This document shows, in pieces, positions 9,668 through 19,682 of a stretch of DNA of 60,938 nucleotides. Origin of the DNA: Xanthobacteraceae bacterium (GTDB taxonomy: Bacteria > Pseudomonadota > Alphaproteobacteria > Rhizobiales > Xanthobacteraceae); contig DASZKX010000008.1 in assembly GCA_035552735.1 (NCBI GenBank), forward strand, positions 1 through 60,938, written 5' to 3'. Below the pieces are notes generated by a model. That model was not told where the DNA came from. It did not search any database and saw only the letters and a program-made list of their open reading frames with translations. The position numbers and the translations under genes are program-made. Numbering within the stretch: the first letter of the stretch is position 1; each line of letters opens with the position of its first letter.

Positions 9668-10657
9668 ATGTCCTCAAGCGATGCCATCGCTAAGCCGGCG
9701 CCACAAGCCCGCCGCCCCGGGCGCGGCCGCGTCTTTGATTCCATCACAGAAGCGATCGGCGACACCCCGATCGTGCGGCTGCGGCGGCTGCCCGACCTGC
9801 ACGGGATCAAAGCCGACATTTTCGCCAAGCTCGAATTCTTCAACCCGGCCGCCAGCGTCAAAGATCGCATCGGCGTCGCCATGGTCGAGGCCATGGAGGC
9901 CGCCGGTGTCATCGGGCCGCAGACCGTCCTGATCGAGCCGACCTCCGGCAATACCGGGATCGCGCTCGCATTCGTTTGCGCCTCGCGCGGCTATCGATTG
10001 ATTCTGGTGATGCCGGACTCCATGTCGATCGAGCGTCGCAAGATGCTTCAGCTGCTCGGCGCCGAGCTGCATCTGACGCCGGCCGTCCAGGGCATGCGCG
10101 GCGCCATCGCCAAGGCCGAGGAGCTCGTCCGCCAGGACCACAACGCGGTCATGCCGCAACAGTTCAAGCATCTCGCCAATCCGGAGGTTCACCGGCGCAC
10201 CACCGCCGAGGAGATCTGGAACGACACCGCCGGCGCGATCGACGTGCTGGTGGCGGGCGTCGGCACCGGCGGAACGATCACGGGCGTCGGCCAGGTGTTG
10301 AAGCCGAGAAAGCCATCGCTGCGCGTGATCGCGGTCGAGCCCGAAGACAGCCCGATTCTGTCGGGAGGCCAGGCGGGACCGCACACGATTCAAGGTATCG
10401 GGGCGGGCTTCATCCCGGACATTCTCGACCGCTCGGTGATCGACGAGGTGGTCACGGTCGGGAACCAGACCGCCTTCGACACCGCGCGCGCCCTGGCGCG
10501 CTACGAGGGCATCCCGGGCGGCATCTCCTCGGGCGCCGCGGTCGCCGCCGCGCTCGAGGTCGGCAAGCGCCCCGCCATGGCCGGAAAGAGCATCGTGGTT
10601 ATTGTTCCCTCCTTCGCGGAACGCTATCTCTCGACCGCATTGTTCGACGGCTTGTGA
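9668..10657 (+). CDS. cysK: Cysteine synthase A (O-acetylserine sulfhydrylase, PLP-dependent)
   Basis: MSSSDA...[11 protein letters not shown]...NPAASVKDR...[12 protein letters not shown]...[10 protein letters not shown]. Confidence 0.9.
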   Translation: MSSSDAIAKPAPQARRPGRGRVFDSITEAIGDTPIVRLRRLPDLHGIKADIFAKLEFFNPAASVKDRIGVAMVEAMEAAGVIGPQTVLIEPTSGNTGIALAFVCASRGYRLILVMPDSMSIERRKMLQLLGAELHLTPAVQGMRGAIAKAEELVRQDHNAVMPQQFKHLANPEVHRRTTAEEIWNDTAGAIDVLVAGVGTGGTITGVGQVLKPRKPSLRVIAVEPEDSPILSGGQAGPHTIQGIGAGFIPDILDRSVIDEVVTVGNQTAFDTARALARYEGIPGGISSGAAVAAALEVGKRPAMAGKSIVVIVPSFAERYLSTALFDGL

Positions 10658-10735
10658 GCGAGCCGGGAGGACAGTGAGATGGCGCGTCGGCCGCGCCGGT
10701 GAAGGCCGCCGCCCAACCGCGTAGGGGCCGTCAAA

Positions 10736-11275
10736 ATGGCAATCGGTCGTCCGCTGGCGTATTGCCCGACCTGTAAGATCGCCTTTCCGATTGTGCCGCG
10801 ACCCGAGGGGGGCACGCTCGTTTTTCAGAATTCGACGACCACCTGCCCCAACGGGCACTTCGCGCGCATTCTCAACGCGCACTACCAGGCCGTTGAGACC
10901 GAGATCCAAGCCATGCTGGAGTCCAGCGGCCGCGCCGCCCGCCGCGCCGTTCTGGCTCTTTGGAAACGCCTATGCGCCCGCGAGATCACTCCGGAACAGG
11001 CTGAGGCGGAAGCCGAAAGGACGCGGTCCGGCCTGGGCCCGATCTTCAATGCCGCAAGTTTATCCGACCCGGTCAGGACGGCGATTCTGGAAGTGCTCAT
11101 AACCGACTTTGTCGCCCCAACTGAACACGGCGACGACTTGCCCACGAATATTTCTCCGACCCCGGAAGCGGACGCGCTCCGAGACCTGCCGGAAAAAAGG
11201 AAAGGCGGCAACCGCGTGTTCCAACGCAGCTTGCGGCACCGACAACGCCTGCTGATGAATCCGCGCAGTCGATAG
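10736..11275 (+). CDS. Hypothetical protein with an N-terminal zinc-ribbon-like CPTC...CPNGH pair
   Basis: 179 aa with protein-like composition. I recognise no family. Confidence 0.45.
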   Translation: MAIGRPLAYCPTCKIAFPIVPRPEGGTLVFQNSTTTCPNGHFARILNAHYQAVETEIQAMLESSGRAARRAVLALWKRLCAREITPEQAEAEAERTRSGLGPIFNAASLSDPVRTAILEVLITDFVAPTEHGDDLPTNISPTPEADALRDLPEKRKGGNRVFQRSLRHRQRLLMNPRSR

Positions 11276-11325
11276 CGCGGCGTTGCCGAACGCGCGGTCC
11301 CTGCCCTTTCGTACGCTCCCCGGAT

Positions 11326-11550
11326 TCAATGCGCCGGGCGGGTGCGGCCCTGCCGGCTCACGCCCGTCACGTGGCGCAAGGCGGCCTTCCCGGCCTCGCG
11401 CGGGTTCTTGAACAGATGACCTTCGAGCGGATTGAAGGCGTGGGTCGCGGCGAAGAACCGGAAGCCGCGGCCATCGCGCACGACGATACCGGCCTGCACG
11501 GTGATTCCCGCCGCCTTGGGCCGGATCTCGATGATGTAATTGTCGGACAT
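11326..11550 (-). CDS. Small conserved hypothetical protein (74 aa)
   Basis: Start moved to MSDNYIIEIRPKAAGITVQAGIVVRDGRGFRFFAATHAFNPLEG..., with AGGAAG RBS 3 nt upstream (a short spacing). Resembles a small protein family recurrent in alphaproteobacteria (from memory). Confidence 0.6.
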   Translation of the reverse strand: MSDNYIIEIRPKAAGITVQAGIVVRDGRGFRFFAATHAFNPLEGHLFKNPREAGKAALRHVTGVSRQGRTRPAH

Positions 11551-11952
11551 GGTCTTCCTGCCGCCGGGTTCAGCCGGCGTCCCTGATCGATGGTTGAGAG
11601 GATTTGAGTTGAGAGCAGGCGCAATCAGCAATGTCGGGGACACGCGCCGGTCGCCGCCGATCGATGGCGGCAGGAAAAGTACGCAGGCCTTGCGGGAAAC
11701 CAACTGTAAAACGTCATCGGATATTCTCCCTCGATTGAGGAGCCCACGAAGACGCTTCGTGGCGCTTTAGCGATTGGTGACGCGGTGCAAGCTGCTCCAT
11801 CAAATCCCCGCGGCTGGGCCGAACGTGACCCGGCGTATCGAACAGATATTGCTCCACTATCTTATATTAGTCTATTATTTTAATATGTTATTAGAGAGAA
11901 GCTCATTCCGGCGAACGAAGTGTAGGAAGCATTTTTTACGACCGCTTGCCCG

Positions 11953-12624
11953 TCAGGGCTGGTCGCCTTGCTCCGCGCGAAACAGCCATGCCGGCCGCGC
12001 TGGTCGAAATTCCGCAACCGAATCGGGGGCCGCGATGTCAGGCCCGAATACGGCGCGCGGGCCGGATCCCGGATTTAGTCGCGCGTGAAACCTGCATTCG
12101 CCGATGAGCTCATCGAGAATCTTTTCACCCGCGGGCCAGGGGCCGAATCCAGCCGCCACATTGATGTGTCCGCACGGGCCCGCATTGACCAAGCCCGCGC
12201 CCCAGGCCTTCGCAAGGAAGCGAGCGCGATCGATCGTCATGTACGGGTCGTTCGTGCTCGCGACCACGACCGCTCGAAACGGCAACTTGACGCACGGCAT
12301 CGGGGCAAATCCACTCAGCCGCGGCGAGACGCAGTGGGCCCGATCGACGTCCGCGGGCGCGACCAGGAGCGCTCCGCCTATCGGCAGGTCCGGATGTCGC
12401 ACCGCCAGAGCGGCGATCAGGGCGCAACCGAGACTGTGCCCGGCCAGGATGGCGCCCGGCCCGCGCTCGACCGCCACCACGAGCCGCTCCAGCCAGAGCG
12501 GGCGGACCGGCCGGCTCCAATCCGATTGCATCACCCGGGTCGCACCGGGATAGGAACGCTCCCAGTGCGATTGCCAATGATCCGGCCCGGAGCCGCCGAG
12601 GCCCGGAACGATGAGAATCTGCAT
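11953..12624 (-). CDS. RBBP9/YdeN-like serine hydrolase (alpha/beta fold)
   Basis: MQILIVPGLGGSGPDHWQSHWE...LAGHSLGC...HINV. Start moved to the MQIL Met. Confidence 0.75.
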   Translation of the reverse strand: MQILIVPGLGGSGPDHWQSHWERSYPGATRVMQSDWSRPVRPLWLERLVVAVERGPGAILAGHSLGCALIAALAVRHPDLPIGGALLVAPADVDRAHCVSPRLSGFAPMPCVKLPFRAVVVASTNDPYMTIDRARFLAKAWGAGLVNAGPCGHINVAAGFGPWPAGEKILDELIGECRFHARLNPGSGPRAVFGPDIAAPDSVAEFRPARPAWLFRAEQGDQP

Positions 12625-12934
12625 TTGCGCGCCTGTCTGCCGCTCACATCGGTGCAACCTGCGCAGCGGGTCACACGAAATGTCCCAGCTCGCGTGAAAT
12701 TTGTCTATTGATTTAATATATTAATTGTGACGACAGCGGGTCGATCCGGCCTAGCGAAACGGTCGCCGAGCCGCAGTTGCGCCTACACCATGAAACAGGA
12801 GCATCCATTCTTCTGTCGCGGCGTAAGCGCCAAGAATATGCTATGAACTATCGTATCTATAGGCTATGGAATCTCCAGTTCTTGCAATCACTCAGATTTG
12901 AAGTCAGGTTTCCGAGTCAATCAGCGAAGCGAAG

Positions 12935-13450
12935 ATGCTGACAGCCAAGGGAAAATACGGCCTCAAGGCCCTCGTCCACCTCGCGACCCAGCAACCCGGG
13001 ACGACCACCCAGGCTGTCGACATTGCCGACACCAACAATATCCCGAAGAAATTTCTGGACGCGATCCTCGGCGACCTTCGCAACGCCGGCATCGTCTTCA
13101 GCAAGAAGGGCCCGGGTGGCGGCTACCTGCTGGCGCGTGCGCCGAGCGAGATCAACGTGGGTCAGGTGATCCGGACCCTCGATGGGCCCCTGGCGCCGAT
13201 CGCTTGCGCGAGCCGGACCGCCTATCAGCCGTGCCGGGATTGCAGCGACGTCAAGACCTGCACGGTGCGTATCGCCATGAGCAAGGTCCGCGACGCAATC
13301 GCCGATATCCTGGACCAGCTGACGATCGCCGACATGCTGGCCATGAGCGGCGGCCGCAAGGTCGCGCATTCGTATGACATCAAAGGAAAGCCCGAAATCA
13401 AAGGAAAGCGCCGCGCCGTGGTTCGACGGCGCGGGACGCCGTTCGACTGA
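12935..13450 (+). CDS. Rrf2-family transcriptional regulator
   Basis: MLTAKGKYGLKALVHLA...IPKKFLDAILGDLRNAGIV.SKKGPGGGY winged helix, followed by a Cys cluster C-x8-C-x2-C-x5-C. Confidence 0.9.
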   Translation: MLTAKGKYGLKALVHLATQQPGTTTQAVDIADTNNIPKKFLDAILGDLRNAGIVFSKKGPGGGYLLARAPSEINVGQVIRTLDGPLAPIACASRTAYQPCRDCSDVKTCTVRIAMSKVRDAIADILDQLTIADMLAMSGGRKVAHSYDIKGKPEIKGKRRAVVRRRGTPFD

Positions 13451-13481
13451 GAGCTGAGCCCGCATGCACTCAACCAGGCAC

Positions 13482-13985
13482 TCAACGGGTGGCGTGGAAC
13501 GCATCCCACAGAAACATCGCAATCGGCCCGAACACGAGATCGATCACGTTCGCCATCCGGGAGGAAAGCCGGTCGGCGGGATCGAGCTTGCGGCGCACCT
13601 TGATGAATTGCGCGCCCACGCGCCGCGCCAGGAGACCGTCGGTCAGGTCCTTGTCGCCGATGACGATGAGCTCCCTGCCGTTGCGGTCGACGCCCGAGAT
13701 GGCGAGCGTGCTCGGCTTGCGGAACACGACCGGACACACGCCCACTTCCAATTGGGCCGCGATAGCCTCGAGCCGTTCGGCATAATTGCCGCGGCGGCTG
13801 TTGGAGCAGAGGCGGATCTCGTTGCCGCGCGCCTTGAGCTCGAGCACCTTTCCGACCACCACGGGCGATGCGATGCGCCCACAATCGGGCACCAGCGTCC
13901 CATCGACGTCGAGGATCACCAGCGAATTCTCGTAGCTGAACGTGTGTTGCTCGAAATAGAGAAGATCACCCATCGCGGCGGCCAT
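13482..13985 (-). CDS. HAD-superfamily phosphatase (subfamily IIIA/YqeG-like)
   Basis: LVILDVDGTLV motif I; ...LCSNS...; ...VIGDKDLTDG motif IV. Confidence 0.75.
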   Translation of the reverse strand: MAAAMGDLLYFEQHTFSYENSLVILDVDGTLVPDCGRIASPVVVGKVLELKARGNEIRLCSNSRRGNYAERLEAIAAQLEVGVCPVVFRKPSTLAISGVDRNGRELIVIGDKDLTDGLLARRVGAQFIKVRRKLDPADRLSSRMANVIDLVFGPIAMFLWDAFHATR

Positions 13986-14000
13986 TTTTTCTTTTTTCAG

Positions 14001-14112
14001 CCTCGTCCTGAGGAGTATCGCGCAGCGATGCGTCTCGAAGGACAGGCCAACTCCGTGGGCACATCCATCCTTCGAGACGGCCGCGCGAAGAGCGCGGCTT
14101 CCTCAGGATGAA
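14001..14112. repeat. REP-type nested palindromic element
   Basis: Nested perfect inverted repeats: tcctgagga 14006..14014 with tcctcagga 14100..14108; cgtctcgaagga 14031..14042 with tccttcgagacg 14068..14079; hairpin gccgcgc-gaaga-gcgcggc 14080..14098. Confidence 0.65.
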
Positions 14113-14171
14113 GCCTGTCGCCATTTGAGTGACAGCGCCGAACTCGACACATTTGCACCGGACCTCGCCGT

Positions 14172-16517
14172 TCAGCGCGTGCGGCCGCGCGCGGCCTCGC
14201 CGATCAGCGCGACAAGGCGCTCAGGCGTGATCGGCGCCTCCGCGAGGTGGACGCCGAACGGCGCCAGCGCGTTCTCGACCGCCGACAGGAGCGCGGCGAT
14301 CGCCGGGATGGTGCCGCCTTCGCCGGCGCCCTTGAGCCCGAGCGGATTGAGCGGGCTCGGCGTCGTCATGTGCAGCACCTCGACATGGGGTGAATCGGTC
14401 GCAAGCGGCAGCAGATATTCGCCGAAGCTGGTCGAGGCCGGCTGCGCCTGCTCGTCATAGAACATCCGCTCGAAGAACGCATTGCCGACGCCGTGAATGA
14501 CGCCGCCCACGACCTGGCCTTCCACCACCATCGGATTGATGACGTGTCCGCAATCGTGCATCACCACATAGCGCAGGATCTTCACCTTGCCGGTCTCGAT
14601 ATCGACTTCGACCTCGGCCACATGGGTGCCGTTGGAATAGGTCGACTGGTCGGGCGTGAAATGGCTGGTAGCCTCGAGGCCGGGGGCCGGGCCGCCGGCC
14701 ATGGAATAACCCGGCATGCCGACCGCGCGGGCCGCGACCTCGCGGAAGCTGCGCTTGACGTCGGAGCCGGCGATCTTGGCGTGGCCGTCCTCCAGCACGA
14801 TGTCCTCCTCGGCTGCCTCCATCATTTCGGCGGCGAACTGCTTGATCTTATGCGACAGCTCCTGTGCGGCGAGATGAACCGATGAGCCCGCGTTGACCGC
14901 CGTGCGGGCCGCAAACGAGCCGACCCCGAGCGCGGTCGCCGCGGTGTCGCCGGTCACGATGGTGATGTGGTCCGGGGTGACGCCGAGATGATCGGCGGCG
15001 ATCTGGGCGAGCGTGGTCTTGTGTGACTGGCCCTGCGGGGTCGCGCCGGTGTAGACGGTGAGCTTGCCGCTGGTCGATACGCGCGCGGTCGCGCTCTCAT
15101 AGGGGCCGAGCCCGGTCGCTTCCACCGCATTGGCGATGCCGAGACCGATATAGCGTCGCTGCGCCAGCGCCTGCGCCTGGCGGGCCGCGAAGCCCTCATA
15201 GTCGGCCGCCTCCAGCGCCGTGCGCTGGCAGGTCGGATAATCGCCGCTGTCGTAGGTCACCGGCCGGCCGTCGCGAAAGATGATTCCCACCTTGTAGGGC
15301 ATTTGCGCCGGCGTGATGAAATTGCGCCGCCGCACCTCGGCGCGATCGAGCTCGAGCTCATGCGCGACGCGGTCCATCAGGCGCTCCATGACCACACAGG
15401 CTTGCGGGCGCCCGGCGCCGCGCACCGGCGAGGTCGGCACCTTGTTGGTGAAAGCGACCAAGACATCGAGATGAAAGCTCGGAATGACGTAAGGACCCGG
15501 CACCGAGGTCGCCGCGATCCAGGGCAGCACCACGCCCCAGGGCATGTAGGCGCCGGCCTCGTGGGTGAGCGTTCCACGCACGCCCAGGATCCGGGCGTCG
15601 CGGTCGACCGCGATCTCTACGTCCCAATGCTGATCGCGTTCCTGCTGGGTGGAGAGGAAATTCTCCTGCCGGTCCTCGATCCATTTGATCGGCGTCCGCA
15701 GCTTGAGCGCCGCCGCCGCCAGCGCCCCGTATTCGGCATAGAAGCTGCCCTTGGGACCGAAGCCGCCGCCCACATCCGGCGTGACGATGCGCAGCTGATG
15801 ATCAGCCCAATCGAGCAGGTCCAGCAGCACCCGCTTGTGCCGATGCGGACCCTGCGAGGAGACGTAGATCGTGAGCGCCTCCGGCATCGGACCCGTCGCG
15901 GGGTCCGGCACCGCGATCATGCCGCGGCACTCCAGGAAAAAGGGGCCGCCACGATGCTGGAACAGCTGCTCGCGGAAGACATGTGGGGCCTGCGCGAAGG
16001 CAGCCTCGATGTTCCCGACCTTGATCGGGATGACGGCGGCGAGATTCGAGGATGCGTCCCGGTGGGCGAGCGGCGCGCCGGCCACGAGCGCCTCGACGCA
16101 ATCGGACACCGCCGGCAGCGGCTCGTAGTCGACGTCAACCAGCGCGGCCGCATCCTCGGCCAGATAGCGGCTGTCGGCCACCACGATGGCGACCGGCTCG
16201 CCCACGAAGCAGGCTTCGTGTTTGGCGAGACAGTACGGCATGTAGGCTTGCTTGATCGCCGGGCTCGGCACCAGGAGCGGCACGGTCTGCCGCTGCATCG
16301 CGGGCGGCAAATCGGCGAACGTAAAGACGGCGTGCACGCCCGGCAGCGCCAGCGCGGCGCGCTTGTCGATGCCGCGAATGCCGGCATGGGCATGGGGGCT
16401 GCGCAGCACCACCGCATGGAGCATGCCGGGCAGCTTGATGTCGTCCACATAGCGGCCGCGCCCGGTCAAGAGGTCCGGATCCTCCTTGCGCTTGATGCTG
16501 GTGCCGAACCATCCCAT
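14172..16517 (-). CDS. Xanthine dehydrogenase-family molybdopterin-binding large subunit (CoxL-like, not the form-I CO-dehydrogenase signature)
   Basis: 781 aa. MGWFGTSIKRKEDPDLLTGRGRYVDDI... The active-site loop reads TSPVRGAGRPQ, not VAYRCSFR. Confidence 0.9.
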   Translation of the reverse strand: MGWFGTSIKRKEDPDLLTGRGRYVDDIKLPGMLHAVVLRSPHAHAGIRGIDKRAALALPGVHAVFTFADLPPAMQRQTVPLLVPSPAIKQAYMPYCLAKHEACFVGEPVAIVVADSRYLAEDAAALVDVDYEPLPAVSDCVEALVAGAPLAHRDASSNLAAVIPIKVGNIEAAFAQAPHVFREQLFQHRGGPFFLECRGMIAVPDPATGPMPEALTIYVSSQGPHRHKRVLLDLLDWADHQLRIVTPDVGGGFGPKGSFYAEYGALAAAALKLRTPIKWIEDRQENFLSTQQERDQHWDVEIAVDRDARILGVRGTLTHEAGAYMPWGVVLPWIAATSVPGPYVIPSFHLDVLVAFTNKVPTSPVRGAGRPQACVVMERLMDRVAHELELDRAEVRRRNFITPAQMPYKVGIIFRDGRPVTYDSGDYPTCQRTALEAADYEGFAARQAQALAQRRYIGLGIANAVEATGLGPYESATARVSTSGKLTVYTGATPQGQSHKTTLAQIAADHLGVTPDHITIVTGDTAATALGVGSFAARTAVNAGSSVHLAAQELSHKIKQFAAEMMEAAEEDIVLEDGHAKIAGSDVKRSFREVAARAVGMPGYSMAGGPAPGLEATSHFTPDQSTYSNGTHVAEVEVDIETGKVKILRYVVMHDCGHVINPMVVEGQVVGGVIHGVGNAFFERMFYDEQAQPASTSFGEYLLPLATDSPHVEVLHMTTPSPLNPLGLKGAGEGGTIPAIAALLSAVENALAPFGVHLAEAPITPERLVALIGEAARGRTR

Positions 16518-17008
16518 CAGCTTCGTCCCTTTTGCTCGCGCAGCGCCTGCGCCGCCGCCAGCGCCGACGCGACGATCGACTGATAGCCGGTGCAGCGACA
16601 GATGTTGCCGGAGATGGCGTCACGCACCTGCGCTTCGCTGGGGTCCGGATTGCTTTGGAGAAACTCGGTCAAGGTCATGAGCATGCCGGGCGTGCAGAAG
16701 CCGCATTGCAGCCCGTGATTCTCCCAGAAGGCCTGCTGCAGAGGGTTGAGGGCGCCGCCGACCGCGAGCCCTTCCACGGTGGTCACCTCCCGGCCGGCCG
16801 CCTGCACGGCGAGCATCAGGCAGGAGCGCGCGCTCTGCCCGTCCACCACGACGGTGCAAGCGCCGCAGACGCCGTGCTCGCAGCCCAGATGGGTGCCGGT
16901 CAGCTCCATTTCCAGGCGCAGGAAATCGGCCAGCGTCATCCGGGTCTCGACCTCGCGCTCGGCCTCGTGGCCGTTGATGCGAAGCTTGATGCGGCGGCGA
17001 TCGCTCAT
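16517..17008 (-). CDS. (2Fe-2S)-binding small subunit (CoxS-like)
   Basis: CEHGVCGACTV and CGFCTPG...CRCTGY motifs. Its stop overlaps the large-subunit start by 1 nt (TGATG). Confidence 0.9.
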   Translation of the reverse strand: MSDRRRIKLRINGHEAEREVETRMTLADFLRLEMELTGTHLGCEHGVCGACTVVVDGQSARSCLMLAVQAAGREVTTVEGLAVGGALNPLQQAFWENHGLQCGFCTPGMLMTLTEFLQSNPDPSEAQVRDAISGNICRCTGYQSIVASALAAAQALREQKGRS

Positions 17009-17880
17009 GCGGCCCTCCGCTCGCGGCCGCGCTCGACCGCATGCTCGAGCGCCCGATAGGTCAGGATGCGGGCGAGATGCTTGCGATAAGCGCCGCTCAC
17101 ATAGATGTCGGTTGCAGCCTCGAGCGCTTCCGCTTCCACCGCGGCTGCCCGAAACACCTCATGCGACGGTGGTTCGCCCGCCAGCAGGCGCTCCGCCTTC
17201 ACGACCCGCACGGGCGCGGGTCCCAGGCCCGACACGCACAACGCCGCCCGCGCAATCGTGCCGTCGGCCGCGAGATCGATCAGGCAGCCGACCGCCGCGA
17301 TGGCGAAATCACCGTGGCGGCGGGCGAATTCCTCAAACGCATAGCCATGGCCCTGCGGCCAGATTCGCAGGTCGATGCCGGCCAGCATTTCGCCCGGCTT
17401 CATCGAATGGGTCATGATGCCGGTGATCCAATCCGCCATCTCGATGGGGCGGGCGCCGGCGCGGTTGGTGGCCTGCAGCACCCCATCATGCAACGCCACC
17501 AGATTGACCAGCTCTGCCGAGGGGTCGAGATGGCAGAGCGAGCCCCCGAAGGTGCCGCGGTTGCGGGTCTGGCGGTGGCCCACATGCTGGAGCGCCTCCG
17601 GAATGATCGGAAAGTGACGCATCACATCGGCCGAGAACTCGAGATCGCGCTGCCGCGTCATGGCCCCGAAACGGCAAAGCGGGCCGACGATGGAGATGTG
17701 GAACAACGGCGTGATGCGGTTGATGTCGATCAGATGATCGGGCGTCACAACGCGGAAATTGAGCATGGGCATGAGCGATTGCCCGCCCGCGAGCACGACC
17801 GCGTTGTCGAGCCGGCCGATGAGCTCGGTGGCTTCGGCCACGGTGGTGGGATCATGATAGATGAAGGGCGGCGGCTTCAT
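17005..17880 (-). CDS. FAD-binding medium subunit (CoxM-like)
   Basis: ...AGGQSLMPMLNFR...IGHRQTRNRGTFGGSL... Overlaps the small-subunit gene by 4 nt. Confidence 0.9.
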   Translation of the reverse strand: MKPPPFIYHDPTTVAEATELIGRLDNAVVLAGGQSLMPMLNFRVVTPDHLIDINRITPLFHISIVGPLCRFGAMTRQRDLEFSADVMRHFPIIPEALQHVGHRQTRNRGTFGGSLCHLDPSAELVNLVALHDGVLQATNRAGARPIEMADWITGIMTHSMKPGEMLAGIDLRIWPQGHGYAFEEFARRHGDFAIAAVGCLIDLAADGTIARAALCVSGLGPAPVRVVKAERLLAGEPPSHEVFRAAAVEAEALEAATDIYVSGAYRKHLARILTYRALEHAVERGRERRAA

Positions 17881-17931
17881 GCTGATGGGCTCTGCGGTGT
17901 GGATGCTGCGAACTCTGCGGCGGGGCTTACC

Positions 17932-19581
17932 TCAGCCCTCCACCTTGCGCACCGGGGTTTCGGGCTTGAGGCCGCTGCGCTGGCGAGCGAGCGTTTCCTT
18001 GCCGGTCTCCTCCCAGGTACCGGTTACGGCGCGCTCCGCATAGGTGTCCCAGCGCTCGATCCAGTCGCCGAGCGGGTAGCCGTGCCATGGCGCCTTGAGC
18101 GCGATCGGCGGCAGATCGAGCTTCGCCCACAGCACCTGGGCGCGCTCCATGAACTCTTTCTTGGGCAGCGCGAGCGGCGGCATCGGGCCCTTGATGGTGG
18201 CATCGATCAACAGCTTGGAGGCGCGTCCGCCGCTTGAATATTGCGAGCCTTGGTCGCCGCCGTGATAGGGCGCGATCTGCACGTCGTCGATCGGATTGCA
18301 GCGATAGGCGATCGACCACAGCACCGCATCCATGTTGGCCGGATCGATATCCTCGCTGACCGCGATCACCACCTTGCCGAAGATCGCCTGGAAGGCGGCC
18401 GCGCCATTGAGGCCGCGCCACACCTCGCTGCGCACGGTGCCGGGGGCGAACTGGACGAAGATGACCGGACGCAGATTGGTGAGCGGCTCATGCAGAATGA
18501 CGCGGCGCACGCCACGCACCGAGAGCGTATCGCGCAGATGCGCCAGATAGAGCGGCTCGTAGGCCACTTTCTTGACCAGGCTCGACTCGCTTGGCGTCAC
18601 CTGGCTGATGATGGAGGCGAAGACTGGGTGGCGCCGGTGCGTGATGGCGCTCACCTGCATCGGCATGTTGAAGGCTTCGAGCGCCACGTAGCCGTTGCTC
18701 TCGCCGAACGGCGCTTCGGGCTCGAGCTTGTCGGTATCGATGAGCCCCTCGATGACGATCTCGGAATCGGCCGGGACGTCGAGATCGATGCCGGCGCACT
18801 TGGCGATCGGCACGCCCCGGCCGGCGAGTGCTCCCGCCACGCCGATCTCGTCGAGATCGGTGGCGAGCTTCTGGGCGCCAGTGAACATCACGACCGGGGC
18901 GGCCCCGATCACGATGGCGATGGGCATCGGCTCCTTGCGGTCCCTGTATTTCTGCCAGTGCAGAAAGCCGCCGGCCCCGCCGGCACGCGCCACCATGCGG
19001 ACCACGAGGCGGTCGGTGGCCTTGAGGGCGGCCCGGTAGGTGCCGATGTTCTGGATGCCGGAATCCGGATCCTTCGTGATGCAGAGCGTGGCGGTCAGGT
19101 AAGGGGCGGAATCGAAGCCGGGAGTGGAGATCGGCACCGGAAAGAGCTTCAAGCCGCCGTCGCGCGCCAGCAACGCCTCCCCGGTAATCACGACCTCTTG
19201 GCATGGCGGGGCGGTGACCCGCACCGGCGGAATCGGACTAGCGATCGCGGCCAGCCAAGCGGCGCCGATCTCGCCGACCTCGCGCCGCATGCCGAGCGAA
19301 TAGATCTCCGCCGACGCCGCGATGGCCCCGACCACGACCGGAATGTCGTAGCGCCGGCCGCTGCCATCCACCACGTTGGTGAACAGGAAAGCCTTCCGCT
19401 GCGCCTCCGGAATGCCGCCGATGAATTGCAGTCGCACCAGCGGATGCAGCTCGGTATCCTTGTCGACCGGATGATCGATGCGCACCAAAAGGCCCTTGGC
19501 CTCGAGGTCCGCCAGATGCTCCTGCAGGTCGAGCCGCGGCCGCGTGTCCGACGTGCTCTGCCTCGCCACCACGTCATCCAT
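17932..19581 (-). CDS. UbiD-family (prFMN-dependent) reversible decarboxylase, copy 1
   Basis: 549 aa. ...ELHPLVR...NIGTYR...EAPFGESNGY... Typical UbiD core with about 60 extra C-terminal residues. Confidence 0.9.
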   Translation of the reverse strand: MDDVVARQSTSDTRPRLDLQEHLADLEAKGLLVRIDHPVDKDTELHPLVRLQFIGGIPEAQRKAFLFTNVVDGSGRRYDIPVVVGAIAASAEIYSLGMRREVGEIGAAWLAAIASPIPPVRVTAPPCQEVVITGEALLARDGGLKLFPVPISTPGFDSAPYLTATLCITKDPDSGIQNIGTYRAALKATDRLVVRMVARAGGAGGFLHWQKYRDRKEPMPIAIVIGAAPVVMFTGAQKLATDLDEIGVAGALAGRGVPIAKCAGIDLDVPADSEIVIEGLIDTDKLEPEAPFGESNGYVALEAFNMPMQVSAITHRRHPVFASIISQVTPSESSLVKKVAYEPLYLAHLRDTLSVRGVRRVILHEPLTNLRPVIFVQFAPGTVRSEVWRGLNGAAAFQAIFGKVVIAVSEDIDPANMDAVLWSIAYRCNPIDDVQIAPYHGGDQGSQYSSGGRASKLLIDATIKGPMPPLALPKKEFMERAQVLWAKLDLPPIALKAPWHGYPLGDWIERWDTYAERAVTGTWEETGKETLARQRSGLKPETPVRKVEG

Positions 19582-19682
19582 GTTTCATGTCATCCGTCAT
19601 GCGCCGGAAATTCCGCGTGGCCGCCGGCATTCCGGCTCGCAAGCCGAAACGCCGATGGATCGTGTCTCATCCGGACTTCGGA

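Noticed and set aside
14172-17880. Annotation as aerobic carbon-monoxide dehydrogenase (coxMSL)
   Set aside because: The large subunit lacks the form-I VAYRCSFR active-site signature (it has SPVRGAGRPQ), and no coxDEFG accessory genes are present. A generic xanthine-dehydrogenase-family hydroxylase call is safer.
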